From a bacterium (GTDB lineage Bacteria; SM23-31), in the NCBI GenBank assembly GCA_965249485.1, contig CBDFMG010000005.1:1-64000 (forward strand): a DNA stretch of 64,000 bases. The letters are read 5' to 3'. Positions 62,707-64,000 of this stretch are shown in pieces. A model generated the notes under the pieces. It ran no database searches, was not told the origin of the DNA, and saw nothing but the letters and a program-made list of their open reading frames with translations. Numbering within the stretch: the stretch's first letter is position 1; the number at the start of each line of letters is the position of its first letter. The position numbers and the translations under genes were made by a program.

Positions 62707-63684
62707 ATGTCAAATAAAAAAAGTTTAGAGAAAGCATTTTCAGCTAAAAAGGATGAATTTTACACACAGCTTTCAGATATTGAAAATGAACTAAAACACT
62801 ATCAAAAATATTTTCGTGGTAAAACTGTTCTTTGTAACTGTGATGATCCCCGAATTAGTAATTTCTTTCATTACTTTTCATATAACTTTGAAAAACTGAA
62901 ACTAAAGAAACTCATTACCACTTGTTACGAAAGCCAAGACATGAATTATTTTAGTAAAAAGGATTCTGAACAAGCTATTTACCTTGAATATACAGGGGAC
63001 AAAAACGATAACAAAATCCCAGATCCTGATGAAATTGGCATATTTCATCTTGAACAAGATGGAGATTTTAGAAGTGATGAATGTATAGAAATGCTAAAAC
63101 AGTGTGATGTTGTTGTTACTAATCCGCCATTCTCCTTATTTCGAGAGTATATTGCACAATTAATGAAATACAAAAAAAAGTTCATCATAATCGGTCACCA
63201 AAACGCTATCTCTTATGTTGAAACATTCAAACTGATAAAGGAAAACAAAATTTGGTTCGGTCATGGCTTCAAGGGAGGGGCTGGACACTTTTTAACCAAT
63301 TACAAAGATGAAGCGGTTGCTGGTAACCATAAAGAAGGAATGGTTAGAGTATCGGGTGTAAATTGGTTCACGAACCTTGATATTGTAAAACGTCATGAAA
63401 ATTTAATTTGTTATATGAAATACGATAAAGCGGAATATCCAAAATATGATAATTATGATGCCATAAACATCAACAAAACAAAGGAAATTCCTATGGATTA
63501 TAAGGGATTAATGGGTGTGCCAATAACCTTTTTGGATAAATACAATCCTGAACAGTTTAAGATAATAGATGCGATTGGAAGATACAGTCTTTTAGACGGT
63601 GCCACAAAAAAAACAAAAGGCAAGTATTTGACAGAAATAAACAAAAAACGTGTATATGCACGGGTTATAATTAAACGTAAATGA
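62707..63684 (+). CDS. EcoRI-type adenine-specific methyltransferase
   Basis: KKDEFYT, CNCDDP, DGDFRS, VVTNPPFSLFR, WFTNL, MGVPITF. Confidence 0.9.
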   Translation: MSNKKSLEKAFSAKKDEFYTQLSDIENELKHYQKYFRGKTVLCNCDDPRISNFFHYFSYNFEKLKLKKLITTCYESQDMNYFSKKDSEQAIYLEYTGDKNDNKIPDPDEIGIFHLEQDGDFRSDECIEMLKQCDVVVTNPPFSLFREYIAQLMKYKKKFIIIGHQNAISYVETFKLIKENKIWFGHGFKGGAGHFLTNYKDEAVAGNHKEGMVRVSGVNWFTNLDIVKRHENLICYMKYDKAEYPKYDNYDAININKTKEIPMDYKGLMGVPITFLDKYNPEQFKIIDAIGRYSLLDGATKKTKGKYLTEINKKRVYARVIIKRK

Positions 63685-64000
63685 AAATAGAACTCAAAAA
63701 AATTACTGTCCGAGAGTTATCCGAAGGTTATGTGGATAATGCAGAGGATGGTGTTTTGGGATATGGTGGCAAGTTGGATATTCGCCCACCTTATCAGCGT
63801 GAATTTATTTACAAGGAAAAACAAAGGGACGCAGTAATAGACACGATAAACAACAATTTTCCGCTTAATGTCATGTATTGGGCTGTGCGTGATGATGGAA
63901 ATTTTGAGATTATTGATGGACAGCAAAGGACTATTTCTATTTGTCAATACGTTACAGGTGATTTCTCATTTGATTCAAAGTATTTTCACAACTTACAAGA
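63681..64000 (+). CDS. DUF262/GmrSD-family protein, 5' part (runs off the window)
   Basis: MKIELKKITVREL...IRPPYQREFIY...FEIIDGQQRTISI; not in the ORF track. Confidence 0.85.
   Translation, partial: MKIELKKITVRELSEGYVDNAEDGVLGYGGKLDIRPPYQREFIYKEKQRDAVIDTINNNFPLNVMYWAVRDDGNFEIIDGQQRTISICQYVTGDFSFDSKYFHNLQ

Overview
This window looks like the replication, DNA-modification and accessory region of an archaeal (pro)virus or integrative element from a Nitrososphaerota (Nitrosopumilaceae-like) host. The host assignment rests on an archaeal MCM, TFB and GINS-like genes and a thaumarchaeal C-terminal 'CxxGLxLxxK...ACV...TAxKLxxRGW' motif. Genes run almost entirely on the + strand to about 59 kb. I recognised no capsid, terminase, integrase, rRNA, tRNA or CRISPR array. 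The window carries about 12 DNA methyltransferases of several classes, two PAPS-reductase-family genes, three ParB-domain genes, MCM with an origin-like repeat region, an XPD-like helicase, a PolX-like gene, purD and a frameshifted giant FG-GAP/PKD surface protein. The region is highly mosaic and partly decayed. The most striking signal is a population of IS200/IS605 derivatives. Family A has one 1.4-kb element with an intact tnpB, plus at least seven 44-45-bp single-hairpin mini-elements that fuse its left and right ends, and several partial or orphan ends. Family B has internally deleted copies and orphan right ends that bracket a repeated cassette of charged tandem repeats. A five-member paralog family with shuffled Ala/Ser-rich modules and a recurring RBS-containing gene linker add to the mosaicism. 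All calls come from reading motifs by eye; no searches were run.
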